Shown: in pieces, positions 1 through 9,207 of the stretch
Numbering within the stretch: the stretch's first letter is position 1
How the letters are laid out: every line of letters begins with the position of its first letter
Source of the DNA: Sediminibacterium sp.
Lineage (GTDB): Bacteria; Bacteroidota; Bacteroidia; Chitinophagales; Chitinophagaceae
Direction of reading: 5' to 3'
DNA: 35,506 nucleotides
Assembly: GCA_044239855.1 (NCBI GenBank)
Contig: JBIIAP010000001.1
Coordinates: forward strand, 1-35,506
Notes under the pieces: model-generated
What the model saw: the letters and a program-made list of their open reading frames with translations, nothing else
Database searches by the model: none
Told to the model about the DNA's origin: nothing
Program-made: the position numbers and the translations under genes

Positions 1-151
1 CAATAGCAAAAAGCTCAAAAGCTATGACTTCTAAAGTAATTAAATTTTTAGACAGGCACATCAACTCATCGTTACCAATCTCAATTACCAATTGATGACT
101 GGAACCTGGGATGGTATTTTCATTATATATTCCTATCTTTTTAACGACCAT
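1..151 (-). CDS. 5' part of a CDS running off the window; possibly DUF3822 family (Bacteroidota)
   Basis: Not in the ORF track. ATG at 151 (minus) with an open frame to position 1: MVVKKIGIYNENTIPGSSHQLVIEIGNDELMCLSKNLITLEVIAFELFAI. Promoter-like TATTTTGC at 174-167. Family call is tentative. Confidence 0.55.
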   Translation of the reverse strand, partial: MVVKKIGIYNENTIPGSSHQLVIEIGNDELMCLSKNLITLEVIAFELFAI

Positions 152-240
152 TTGTCTTAATTATCTGCAAAATAAATAAAATTCATCGCCTTTAAGAATC
201 AAACTACATCAAACTTCAATTTATTATCTTTACCGTTCAT

Positions 241-1599
241 ATGAGCAGCACAAATTCCAATTTACATCTTCAAGTTGATACCAATAGTAAACAAATTCTC
301 CGAATTGCCTTACCTATATCAGCCGCCATCATTGTTCCTCAAATAAATTTTATTACTAATAATATTTTTTTAGGTGGGCTGGGTCAAAAGGAATTAGGCA
401 TTGCAGGTATTACAGGAGTGTATTATTTGCTTTTTGCGGTTGTTGGAAATGGCCTGAATAGTGGACTTCAGGCATTAATTTCCAGAAGGGCTGGTGAAAA
501 CAAAGTAGATGAAATTGGGGTACTATTCTGGCATGGAGTTAGAATCGCGCTATTTTTTGCCTTATTCGGGTTTCTATTAACCAAATATATAGCCCCTACT
601 GTATTAGGTTGGTCTTTGCATGATGCAGCGGGTGTAAATATTGCGGTTAGTTTTTTGTCGATTCGAATTCTTGGTTTGCCCATATTATATGTTTATCAGA
701 TGCGAAATGCTTTACTGGTTGGTACAAATCAAAGTAAATATTTGATTTTTGGTACTGCTGCAGAAGCTATTGTTAATATCATTTTAGATTACGGGTTTAT
801 TTATGGGAAGTTAGGGCTACCCAATTTAGGTTTTAATGGTGCTGCATATGCTTCCATTATAGCTGAACTAACTGGATTATTTGCTGTATTTGGTGTTATA
901 AGGATAATGGGGATCAGCAAACAATTACATTTATTTAAAAAAGTAACCTACCAAAAAAAGTATTTTAGATTAATACTCAATCAGTCTTACCCATTGATAT
1001 TGCAACATACGATCAGTATAATGAGTTGGGAATATTTTTATATTTTGATTGAGCATCATGGCACTAGAGATTTAGCCATATCGAATACTATGCGAAACCT
1101 TTTTGGTTTCTTTGGTTGCTTTACCTGGGCTTTTGCTGCCACAACCAATACCATGGTAAGCAATGTAATTGGACAGGGTAAACGGGAGGAAGTAATACCT
1201 CTAATCTATCGAATCCTTAAATGGAGCGTTGGATTTGCTGTAGTGGTATTTATATTGCTAAATATATCTCCCCGAACATTTTTAAGTATATATGGTCAGG
1301 GAGAAGATTTTATAACAGCTGCAATTCCGGTCATGAGAATCGTATCTATAGCAATGATTTTAATGTCTATTTCAGTTGTTTGGGTAAATGCAGTTACCGG
1401 AACAGGTAATTCTAAAATGAATTTATACACCGAATTAGCAACTATAGTTTTCTACGTAGTCTATGTTTATATAGTCTTGGAAAAGCTCAATATGTCGATT
1501 TCCTGGGGTTGGCTAAGTGAATGGGTTTATTGGTCTGTAATGTTAATCCCTTCATTTTGGTATATCAATAGTAACCGTTGGAAACAAATAAAAATTTAA
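241..1599 (+). CDS. MATE family efflux transporter
   Basis: 452 aa with ~12 hydrophobic segments and two homologous halves. MATE-typical motifs: ILRIALP, ISRRAG, NIILDYGFIYGKLGLPNLGFNGAAYASIIAE, VSNVIGQG. Confidence 0.92.
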   Translation: MSSTNSNLHLQVDTNSKQILRIALPISAAIIVPQINFITNNIFLGGLGQKELGIAGITGVYYLLFAVVGNGLNSGLQALISRRAGENKVDEIGVLFWHGVRIALFFALFGFLLTKYIAPTVLGWSLHDAAGVNIAVSFLSIRILGLPILYVYQMRNALLVGTNQSKYLIFGTAAEAIVNIILDYGFIYGKLGLPNLGFNGAAYASIIAELTGLFAVFGVIRIMGISKQLHLFKKVTYQKKYFRLILNQSYPLILQHTISIMSWEYFYILIEHHGTRDLAISNTMRNLFGFFGCFTWAFAATTNTMVSNVIGQGKREEVIPLIYRILKWSVGFAVVVFILLNISPRTFLSIYGQGEDFITAAIPVMRIVSIAMILMSISVVWVNAVTGTGNSKMNLYTELATIVFYVVYVYIVLEKLNMSISWGWLSEWVYWSVMLIPSFWYINSNRWKQIKI

Positions 1600-1853
1600 C
1601 CTTTTAAATTATTTATTAAGTCTACGTATTGTTGCATGGCAGTGTCTTTCGTTAAGCCTTTTAATTTAGACCAGGCATCATGTTTGAATTTTGCAACAAA
1701 ATCAAATGCATTAGCCGGTCCATCTGAATTTGCATCACCTTCTGTTGCCTGCTTATATAGCGCATACAATTTAAGTAATGTATCATTATCTGGTTTTTCA
1801 GCAAGTAATTTACTGTTTAAGATTGCTTCTTGAAATAAGTCTTTAAGTTCCAT
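1596..1853 (-). CDS. acyl-CoA-binding protein (ACBP/DBI family)
   Basis: 85 aa. ACBP signature PDNDTLLKLYALYKQATEGD...KHDAW...AMQQY. No signal peptide. Confidence 0.93.
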   Translation of the reverse strand: MELKDLFQEAILNSKLLAEKPDNDTLLKLYALYKQATEGDANSDGPANAFDFVAKFKHDAWSKLKGLTKDTAMQQYVDLINNLKG

Positions 1854-1874
1854 GAATTCAGAGGTTTATTTAAT

Positions 1875-2639
1875 TTAATTTAATGTAGACAGCAATTTAG
1901 CACCTTCTTCTTTAATAGCAATATATTCAGTATTTCTATTAGGTAGTTTGGTTAATTTATTTAATGTTTCAATGGCTGACTGATTTTGATTGTTGGCAAT
2001 ATAAGCTTTACCTAAATCTAAATATGCAGGTGCAAAATAGGGTTCTAATGATTTAGATTTTTCCATGTATAAAATGGCTTTGTTCAAGTCACCATCTGGT
2101 AGTCCTCCATATAGTAATTTTACGGCTACTTTTTTAAACCCTGAAAGCGATACCATTTCTAGATGCCATTTACCTAAAGTATAATTAGCTCTTGCATGAT
2201 TAGGGTTGATAATCAATGCCTTATCGGCATATACTTTAACATCTTTAACCAGGTTAACAATTTTTTTATTGTCAGATTCAATATCAGTTAATTTCCCGGA
2301 AACCATTGAAATTAAATAATTCGCATCGGCATTATTCGCATCAGCTTGAATTGCTTTATCGGCAAAGCTTTTAGCTGTTTCAAAATAAAGACGTTTATTG
2401 TTTTTATCTTTTTGATTTCCACCTAATAATACATTTAACTCGGCAGCTTTACCCAATGCTTTGATGTTAAATGGCGCTATTGATAAAACTTGTTTATATT
2501 TTTCCAGTGCTTCCGGTTCTTTTAATAGTTTTTCGAAGCTTTCTGCTTCTTTTAATAAACCGGTTAGGTCTTGTGCACTTACGGATAAAAATAAAGTACT
2601 CAATAAAGTAATGAACATTAATTGACTAAAACGATTCAT
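1875..2639 (-). CDS. exported TPR-like helical-repeat protein resembling the RMDN (FAM82/PTPIP51) family
   Basis: Signal peptide ending SVSA|QD. TPR-like repeats (ADKAIQADANNADANY, ADKALIINPNHARANYTLGKW, MEKSKSLEPYFAPAYLDLGKAY). RMDN resemblance is judged from memory. Confidence 0.75.
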   Translation of the reverse strand: MNRFSQLMFITLLSTLFLSVSAQDLTGLLKEAESFEKLLKEPEALEKYKQVLSIAPFNIKALGKAAELNVLLGGNQKDKNNKRLYFETAKSFADKAIQADANNADANYLISMVSGKLTDIESDNKKIVNLVKDVKVYADKALIINPNHARANYTLGKWHLEMVSLSGFKKVAVKLLYGGLPDGDLNKAILYMEKSKSLEPYFAPAYLDLGKAYIANNQNQSAIETLNKLTKLPNRNTEYIAIKEEGAKLLSTLN

Positions 2640-2640
2640 A

Positions 2641-3006
2641 TTATTTTCTTTGAATAGTAAATGATACGCCTACACTGCCCTGAAAATTTTCAATTGGTGG
2701 GTTTATTTTGTCGATTGAAATAAAAACAGCAGTAGCAAGTGGAAATTGTTGTAGAATTTCCGTGGCAGTTTCTGTTGCTATTGTTTCTAATAATGGTGTT
2801 GGAATGGCCATTTTTTTAGCCACCAATTCATATACAGATACATAGTTGATGGTATTATTGATATCTGTAAAATTAAGGTTTGAAGGAGTACAAGTAACCT
2901 CCAGATTCACTTCAAATTCACCACCAACCTTAGTTTCTTCCTTATATATCCCATGAAAAGAGAAGAAACGTACATTTTTTAAATGAATTTGAAGGGAATG
3001 TGTCAT
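2641..3006 (-). CDS. folB: dihydroneopterin aldolase
   Basis: 121 aa; FFSFHGIYKEE, TINYVSVY, LLETIA, IDKINPPI motifs. Confidence 0.92.
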   Translation of the reverse strand: MTHSLQIHLKNVRFFSFHGIYKEETKVGGEFEVNLEVTCTPSNLNFTDINNTINYVSVYELVAKKMAIPTPLLETIATETATEILQQFPLATAVFISIDKINPPIENFQGSVGVSFTIQRK

Positions 3007-3034
3007 TAGATGATTGCTGTTATAATTATGTAAA

Positions 3035-3982
3035 TTAATGCATCCCTTTAGCCGTTAGATATCTTTCTGCATCAAGTGCTGCCATACATCCACTTCCAGC
3101 TGCCGTTACAGCTTGTCTGTAGTTTTTATCCTGCACATCACCAGCTGCAAAAACACCTGCTACATTAGTTTTGGTAGTTCCGGGTTGGGTAAGTATATAA
3201 CCTGTTTCATCCATAGTAATCCAGTTCTTAAAAATATCGCTATTAGGTTGATGGCCTATAGCAACAAAAAATCCACTAATTGGTATTTCTTGAGATTGTT
3301 GCGTTTGATTATTTTTTATCCTAACAGCTTCCACTTTTTTATCTCCCAAAATCTCTTCGGTATCTGTATTCCAGTATACATTAATATTAGGTGCATTCAA
3401 TACGCGATCCTGCATTACCTTACTGGCTCTCATTTTATCCTTTCTGATAAACATGTGAACCGTATTACAAAGTTTAGACAGGTATAAAGCTTCTTCTGCA
3501 GCAGTATCTCCTGCCCCAACAATGGCTACATCTTTTCCTTTAAAGAAAAAACCATCACAAACAGCGCAAGCACTTACACCAAAACCATTTAATCGTTGTT
3601 CACTTTCCAACCCTAACCATTTTGCAGATGCTCCTGTAGAAATAATTACGCTATCGGCATGAATTTCTTTTTCTTCATCAATCCATATCTTATATGGGAT
3701 GGCGCTGAAATCAACCTTAGTAGCTAAGCCATAGCGAATATCAGCTCCCATTCTTGCTGCTTGTTTTTCAAAATTAACCATCATTTCAGGGCCTTGAATT
3801 CCATCGGGATAACCAGGATAGTTTTCTACTTCTGTAGTTATGGTTAATTGTCCGCCAGGCTGAATACCTTGATATAAAACAGGTTTCATATTTGCACGTG
3901 CTGCATAAATTGCAGCAGTGTAACCTGCCGGACCAGAACCTATAATTAATACTTGTACTTTTTCTATTATTGATTGATCCAT
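3035..3982 (-). CDS. trxB: thioredoxin-disulfide reductase
   Basis: IIGSGPAGYTAAIYAAR, CAVC redox motif, VGAGDTAAEEA, FAAGDV, QAVTAAGSGC. Confidence 0.98.
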   Translation of the reverse strand: MDQSIIEKVQVLIIGSGPAGYTAAIYAARANMKPVLYQGIQPGGQLTITTEVENYPGYPDGIQGPEMMVNFEKQAARMGADIRYGLATKVDFSAIPYKIWIDEEKEIHADSVIISTGASAKWLGLESEQRLNGFGVSACAVCDGFFFKGKDVAIVGAGDTAAEEALYLSKLCNTVHMFIRKDKMRASKVMQDRVLNAPNINVYWNTDTEEILGDKKVEAVRIKNNQTQQSQEIPISGFFVAIGHQPNSDIFKNWITMDETGYILTQPGTTKTNVAGVFAAGDVQDKNYRQAVTAAGSGCMAALDAERYLTAKGMH

Positions 3983-4053
3983 TTTATTTGTTATTTTCTA
4001 TTTATTAAAATTTTAAGAGACACAATTTAACGAAGAATAGTAAAAGACTTTTA

Positions 4054-4947
4054 CTATTTTGGAATAATTATATTTTTGTACTGAACAGCATAGCCACAGA
4101 ATGCCCCTAAGCCCCCATTGCTAATATTGCCTATAACTACACCTGGTGAAGCAAATGGATTACCCACAGACTGAAAAGTATATTCCCATGTACGCCAAAA
4201 TTCATAAGTTGATTTATTAATATTACAAAACTTAACTGTAATGGTATCTCCCTTTTTAAAAAATGCCAAATTTTCTCTTTCTAATATTTCATTTTTATTG
4301 ACCCCTTTAGCTAAATCAACTTGATAACTTTTACCATCTACTACATTGTCATCATAAACACTATTATAACCAGGATAAAAATCTTTTGAATTAACTTTTG
4401 TAAAGTATCGTATATAATTTCCTAAACCCGGTGGATCAAATATTTTAACACTTAATACCACAAAGCTATCATTAGCCGGTCTATTAGGAACAGGTCTGTA
4501 CCAGATTGAATCAATTGTTTTAGTGAGATTTGGAATAGTGGTCTCACTTTTGTAGGTATTCCCATTTAATTCAACAGTTAATTGATAAGTCTTACCAAAT
4601 TCACCTTTTATATTTTCTAAAGGATTTAATATATCGTTTGAATAAAAACCTAATTGATATCCTTTAGCAATATCCATTGCATAATATTTGAGTTGAATTG
4701 TCTTAGTACCATCATTAAGCATCACTTTAGCATTATTAATAATGGAATTAACTAAATCAGTTGAATCCAACACAGAAAAATAATTCAAAGAATTAGATAG
4801 CACAATAATTGGAGGTTGATTGTATTCAATTTGTGCATCAACCACCAACTTAGGTGCTTGCACAATGGGAGTTATTTTTATATCTTTTTCACAACTAATA
4901 AAAAAGAATAATAATAAAGAAATTTTAATTAATCTAAAACATTGCAT
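4054..4947 (-). CDS. DUF4249 family outer-membrane lipoprotein
   Basis: Lipobox FFFIS|CEKD; KLVVDA, DPPGLGNY, GNISNGGLGAF motifs. The ATG at 4947 is preferred over the 4959 start in the track. Confidence 0.78.
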   Translation of the reverse strand: MQCFRLIKISLLLFFFISCEKDIKITPIVQAPKLVVDAQIEYNQPPIIVLSNSLNYFSVLDSTDLVNSIINNAKVMLNDGTKTIQLKYYAMDIAKGYQLGFYSNDILNPLENIKGEFGKTYQLTVELNGNTYKSETTIPNLTKTIDSIWYRPVPNRPANDSFVVLSVKIFDPPGLGNYIRYFTKVNSKDFYPGYNSVYDDNVVDGKSYQVDLAKGVNKNEILERENLAFFKKGDTITVKFCNINKSTYEFWRTWEYTFQSVGNPFASPGVVIGNISNGGLGAFCGYAVQYKNIIIPK

Positions 4948-4978
4948 GATTATGATCAATTTAAGTATAAAAAATCAA

Positions 4979-5013
4979 TCAAAAACGCCTCTGGAAAGCA
5001 GAGGCGTTTTTGA
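4979..5013 (-). terminator. Rho-independent terminator downstream of the sigma70 gene
   Basis: Perfect hairpin TCAAAAACGCCTCTG-GAAAG-CAGAGGCGTTTTTGA with A/T tracts on both sides, ~30 nt after the sigma stop. Confidence 0.88.
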
Positions 5014-5042
5014 AAATATTGAATTACGATTACAAAAAATAA

Positions 5043-5900
5043 TTACCCCAAATATGCTTTAAGCGCATTGCTGTAACGAGCTTTTTGTAAACGCTTAATT
5101 GCGCGCTCTTTAATTTGACGAATCCGTTCTTTTGTTAAATCATATTTCATTCCAATTTGTTCGATAGTAACACCATTTTCACCATCTAATCCAAAATATG
5201 CATTTACAATTTCTGCTTCTCTGGGACTCAATGATTTTAATACTCTACGAATTTCATCTCTTAATGAATCCTTCATTACATCTTCATCTGTATCATCAGA
5301 ACCTTCCAATAAATCACCCATAGCAACATCTTCTGCTTCATGAACCGGTGCATCTAATGAGGTATGACGGGTATTACTTTGGAATATATTGTTGATTTCA
5401 GTTTCACTCATTTCAAGAATATCGGCTAATTCTTCCGTAGAAGGTTCACGCTCATGTTCTTGTTCAAAAGCCATATAAGCTTTATTGGCTTTGTTATAAG
5501 TTCCAATTTTATTTTGAGGCAAACGAACTAATCTACCCTGTTCCGCTAAAGCTTGTAAAATAGATTGACGAATCCACCAAACAGCATAAGAAATAAACTT
5601 AAAACCTTTGGTTTCATCAAAACGCTGAGCAGCCTTAATCAATCCAAGATTACCTTCATTAATAAGATCACTCAATGAAAGCCCCTGATGCTGGTATTGC
5701 TTGGCAACGGAAACCACAAAACGTAAATTGGCTTGCACCAATTTATCTAATGCAAACTGATCTCCCATTTTAATCTTCTGCGCCAAAGTAGTTTCCTCTT
5801 CGGGGTTGATCATAGGGATTTTTGAAATTTCCTGTAGGTACTTTTCTACTGCCTGGGAATCTCTGTTGGTAATCTGAGTTGCGATTTTGAGTTGCCTCAT
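5043..5900 (-). CDS. RNA polymerase sigma factor, RpoD/SigA family (Bacteroidota type, no region 1.1)
   Basis: Starts MRQLKI; ANLRFVVSVAKQY, DLINEGNLGLIKAAQRFD, GFKFISYAVWWIRQ; region 4 LTKERIRQI. Whether it is the primary sigma or a paralog is unresolved. Confidence 0.95.
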   Translation of the reverse strand: MRQLKIATQITNRDSQAVEKYLQEISKIPMINPEEETTLAQKIKMGDQFALDKLVQANLRFVVSVAKQYQHQGLSLSDLINEGNLGLIKAAQRFDETKGFKFISYAVWWIRQSILQALAEQGRLVRLPQNKIGTYNKANKAYMAFEQEHEREPSTEELADILEMSETEINNIFQSNTRHTSLDAPVHEAEDVAMGDLLEGSDDTDEDVMKDSLRDEIRRVLKSLSPREAEIVNAYFGLDGENGVTIEQIGMKYDLTKERIRQIKERAIKRLQKARYSNALKAYLG

Positions 5901-5922
5901 AGCTGATTTTTGCTTTAGTATG

Positions 5923-5930
5923 CAAAATTA
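5923..5930 (-). promoter_or_regulatory. Bacteroidota -7 promoter element for the sigma70 gene
   Basis: TAATTTTG(CA) on minus, exact TAnnTTTG match 22 nt upstream of the ATG. Confidence 0.7.
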
Positions 5931-5990
5931 CAATTTTTACCTGAATTTTGTAGTGATATTATCTAAAAAAAAGCCAATATTAAATTTATT

Positions 5991-7007
5991 ATGATTGATT
6001 TCCGTTCTGATACCCTAACCAAACCAACCCCTAATATGTTATCTGCCATGAACAATGCCATTGTAGGTGACGATGTATTTGGGGAGGATCCTACAGTAAA
6101 TGAATTAGAAAAATTCTGTGCCGAATATTTTGGTATGGAATCCGGACTTTTCTGCCCAAGTGGAACTATGACCAATCAAATAGCCATAAAATGTCATACT
6201 AAACCGGGCGAAGAATTGATCTGTGATCACTTATCTCATGTCTACTTATATGAGGGAGGCGGTATTGCATTTAATTCCGGTGCTTCAGTTAGGTTAATTG
6301 AGGGTAATTATGGTAGAATTTCTGCTGATCAAGTATTGCAATCCATCAACAATCCCGATGATGTTCATAGACCAATTAGTTCATTAGTAAGTTTAGAGAA
6401 TACTGCTAATAGAGGTGGCGGTTCATGTTATGAATTTACTGATTTTCAAGCTATTAAAGAGGTTTGTTTACAAAATAATTTGAAGCTGCATTTAGATGGA
6501 GCAAGATTATTTAATGCTTTGGTTGCTAAAAAGGATAATCCATTAGATTACGGTAAAACATTTGATTCTATTTCAATTTGTTTGAGTAAGGGTTTAGGCG
6601 CTCCGGTTGGTAGTGTGCTATTAGGGAACAAAGATTTTATTCGCCAGGCAAGAAGATTTCGTAAGGTTTTTGGTGGTGGTATGCGTCAAGCAGGATTTAT
6701 TGCTGCTGGTGCGCTTTATGCAATTAAGTATCATGTTGAAAGACTTGCAGAAGATCATCATCATGCACAATTAATAGCTGATGCACTTCAAGAAAAAGAT
6801 TTTGTAAGAAATTTATTTCCGGTAGAAACTAATATCGTCATTTTTGAAGTTAACGGAAGATATTCTGCTAAAGAATTATCGCAAGTTTTAGCTGAAAAAG
6901 GGATATTAGTAATAGCAATGACCCCTACTATAGTACGGATGGTAATGCATTTGGACGTTAATTCAGATATGATTTCCCAAACTATTAGGGTAATTCAATC
7001 GTTATAA
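5991..7007 (+). CDS. ltaE: low-specificity L-threonine aldolase (PLP)
   Basis: DFRSDTLT, GDDVFGEDPT, PSGTMTNQ, LHLDGARLFNA, CLSKGLGAPVGS, GGGMRQAG. Confidence 0.95.
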   Translation: MIDFRSDTLTKPTPNMLSAMNNAIVGDDVFGEDPTVNELEKFCAEYFGMESGLFCPSGTMTNQIAIKCHTKPGEELICDHLSHVYLYEGGGIAFNSGASVRLIEGNYGRISADQVLQSINNPDDVHRPISSLVSLENTANRGGGSCYEFTDFQAIKEVCLQNNLKLHLDGARLFNALVAKKDNPLDYGKTFDSISICLSKGLGAPVGSVLLGNKDFIRQARRFRKVFGGGMRQAGFIAAGALYAIKYHVERLAEDHHHAQLIADALQEKDFVRNLFPVETNIVIFEVNGRYSAKELSQVLAEKGILVIAMTPTIVRMVMHLDVNSDMISQTIRVIQSL

Positions 7008-7008
7008 G

Positions 7009-7016
7009 TACCTTTG
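7009..7016 (+). promoter_or_regulatory. -7 promoter element for pgi
   Basis: TACCTTTG, exact TAnnTTTG match in the ltaE-pgi gap. Confidence 0.65.
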
Positions 7017-7050
7017 GTGTATAAAAATTTATATTTTTAATTAAGAAATT

Positions 7051-8712
7051 ATGTTGGCTCGCATAAATCCTACGAACACACAGGCTTGGTTTTTATTAAA
7101 AAAACATTTTGAAGATGAGATGAATCGCAAACACATGCGTGATTTATTTGCTGTAGATTCAGACCGTTTTAATAAATTTTCTATCACATTAGATCAAATG
7201 ATATTTGATTACTCCAAAAACATCATTGACTCTAAAACTTTACAGTTACTCTTACAACTTGCAGAAGAATGTCAATTAAAAGAAGCTATACATGAGCTAT
7301 TTGCTGGTATTAAGATTAATGAAACTGAACATAGATCAGTGTTACATACTGCGTTAAGAAACTTTTCGGATATGCCTATTTTGGTAGAAGGAAAAGATAT
7401 TATGCCCAAAATCGCAAAAGTGCAACGTCAAATGCAGGCTTTTTGTGAAAACATTCACAACGGAATGTGGAAAGGCTATACCGGAAAAAATATAAAGTAT
7501 ATTGTTAATATCGGGATTGGAGGTAGTGATTTAGGTCCAGTAATGGTTACGGAAGCCCTTAAACCTTACTGGATTAAGGGTATTTCCACTTATTTTGTCA
7601 GCAATATAGATGGTACACATATTGCAGAAACACTCAAAAAAGTAAATCCGGAAGAAACGCTTTTCCTAATTGCCTCCAAAACCTTTACTACTCAAGAAAC
7701 TATGACCAATGCACATACAGTTCGTGCCTGGTTTTTAGAACATGCAAAGGAGGAGAAACATATAGCAAAACATTTTGCAGCATTGAGTACTAATGAAGAA
7801 ATGGTGACTGCTTTTGGAATTGACAAAGTCAATATGTTTGAATTTTGGGATTGGGTTGGCGGTAGATATTCATTGTGGAGTGCCATTGGTTTGTCGATTG
7901 CGCTTACTATTGGCTACGAAAACTTTGATGCATTATTAAAAGGCGCTTCAATTGCTGATGAGCATTTTAGAAAAGAAAAATTTGATAAAAACATACCGGT
8001 TCTAATGGCATTAATCGGAATTTGGTATACTAATTTCTTTGGTGCACAAAGTGAAGCTATATTACCATACGATCAATACATGCATCGTTTCGCGGCATAT
8101 TTTCAACAAGGTAATATGGAAAGTAATGGTAAAAGTGTTGATAGAAGCGGTAATATAGTAAACTATGCAACTGGTCCTGTAATTTGGGGCGAACCAGGCA
8201 CCAATGGTCAACATGCTTTTTATCAACTTATTCATCAGGGTACACTAATGATTCCATGCGACTTTATCGCACCAGCAATAAGTCATAATCCTATTGGTGA
8301 TCATCATCTAAAATTATTATCCAATTTCTTTGCTCAAACTGAAGCTTTAATGAATGGGAAATCCGAGAATGATGTAAAGGTTGAAAGTATGAAAGCTGAA
8401 AAGTCAGACGAAGAAATCAAAAAAATTACGCCATTTAAAGTTTTCGAGGGTAATAAACCAACCAATTCATTTTTAATCAAAGAAATTACGCCTACCTCTT
8501 TGGGTATGTTAATTGCTTTATATGAGCATAAAATATTTGTACAAGGGGTGATTTGGAATATTTTCAGCTTTGATCAGTGGGGTGTTGAATTGGGTAAACA
8601 AATGGCTAATAAAATCCTTCCAGAATTAATGAATGAAGAACCTGTTTCAGAACATGACCCTTCAACCAATGGATTAATTAATGCCTTTAAAGAATACAGA
8701 AAGAACGCTTAA
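7051..8712 (+). CDS. pgi: glucose-6-phosphate isomerase
   Basis: [55 protein letters not shown]. Confidence 0.99.
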   Translation: MLARINPTNTQAWFLLKKHFEDEMNRKHMRDLFAVDSDRFNKFSITLDQMIFDYSKNIIDSKTLQLLLQLAEECQLKEAIHELFAGIKINETEHRSVLHTALRNFSDMPILVEGKDIMPKIAKVQRQMQAFCENIHNGMWKGYTGKNIKYIVNIGIGGSDLGPVMVTEALKPYWIKGISTYFVSNIDGTHIAETLKKVNPEETLFLIASKTFTTQETMTNAHTVRAWFLEHAKEEKHIAKHFAALSTNEEMVTAFGIDKVNMFEFWDWVGGRYSLWSAIGLSIALTIGYENFDALLKGASIADEHFRKEKFDKNIPVLMALIGIWYTNFFGAQSEAILPYDQYMHRFAAYFQQGNMESNGKSVDRSGNIVNYATGPVIWGEPGTNGQHAFYQLIHQGTLMIPCDFIAPAISHNPIGDHHLKLLSNFFAQTEALMNGKSENDVKVESMKAEKSDEEIKKITPFKVFEGNKPTNSFLIKEITPTSLGMLIALYEHKIFVQGVIWNIFSFDQWGVELGKQMANKILPELMNEEPVSEHDPSTNGLINAFKEYRKNA

Positions 8713-8718
8713 GGAAAT

Positions 8719-9207
8719 ATGCAGGACTTTATTATCAGACCAATTCAACCGGAAGATAATGTTTTAATTGCAAGCATTATCAGAGCTTCTCTTACCGAGT
8801 TTGGTGCGAATAAACCCGGTACTGTTTATTTCGATTACAGTACGGATCATTTATTTGAATTATTTCATTCAGCACCCATAAGTGCTTATTATGTTGCATT
8901 AAAAGATCAAAAAATAATTGGAGGTGCTGGCATATACCCTACTGCTGGTTTACCGGCTAATACCTGTGAACTGGTAAAAATGTATTTAGTAAAAGAGGTA
9001 CGAGGACAAGGAATTGGCAGAAGAATGATTGATTATTGCTTAAATGTTGCCAAAGAAAAGGGGTTTGAGCAAGTATATCTTGAAACAATGCCCGAATTAA
9101 ATAAAGCAGTAAGTGTGTATGAAAAATTTGGATTTAGCTATCTAAATGGTCCAATGGGAAATAGCGGTCACAATGGTTGTGACATTTGGATGATCAAACA
9201 ACTTTAG
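8719..9207 (+). CDS. GNAT family N-acetyltransferase
   Basis: ELVKMY, RGQGIG acetyl-CoA motif, AVSVYEKFGF. Confidence 0.9.
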   Translation: MQDFIIRPIQPEDNVLIASIIRASLTEFGANKPGTVYFDYSTDHLFELFHSAPISAYYVALKDQKIIGGAGIYPTAGLPANTCELVKMYLVKEVRGQGIGRRMIDYCLNVAKEKGFEQVYLETMPELNKAVSVYEKFGFSYLNGPMGNSGHNGCDIWMIKQL

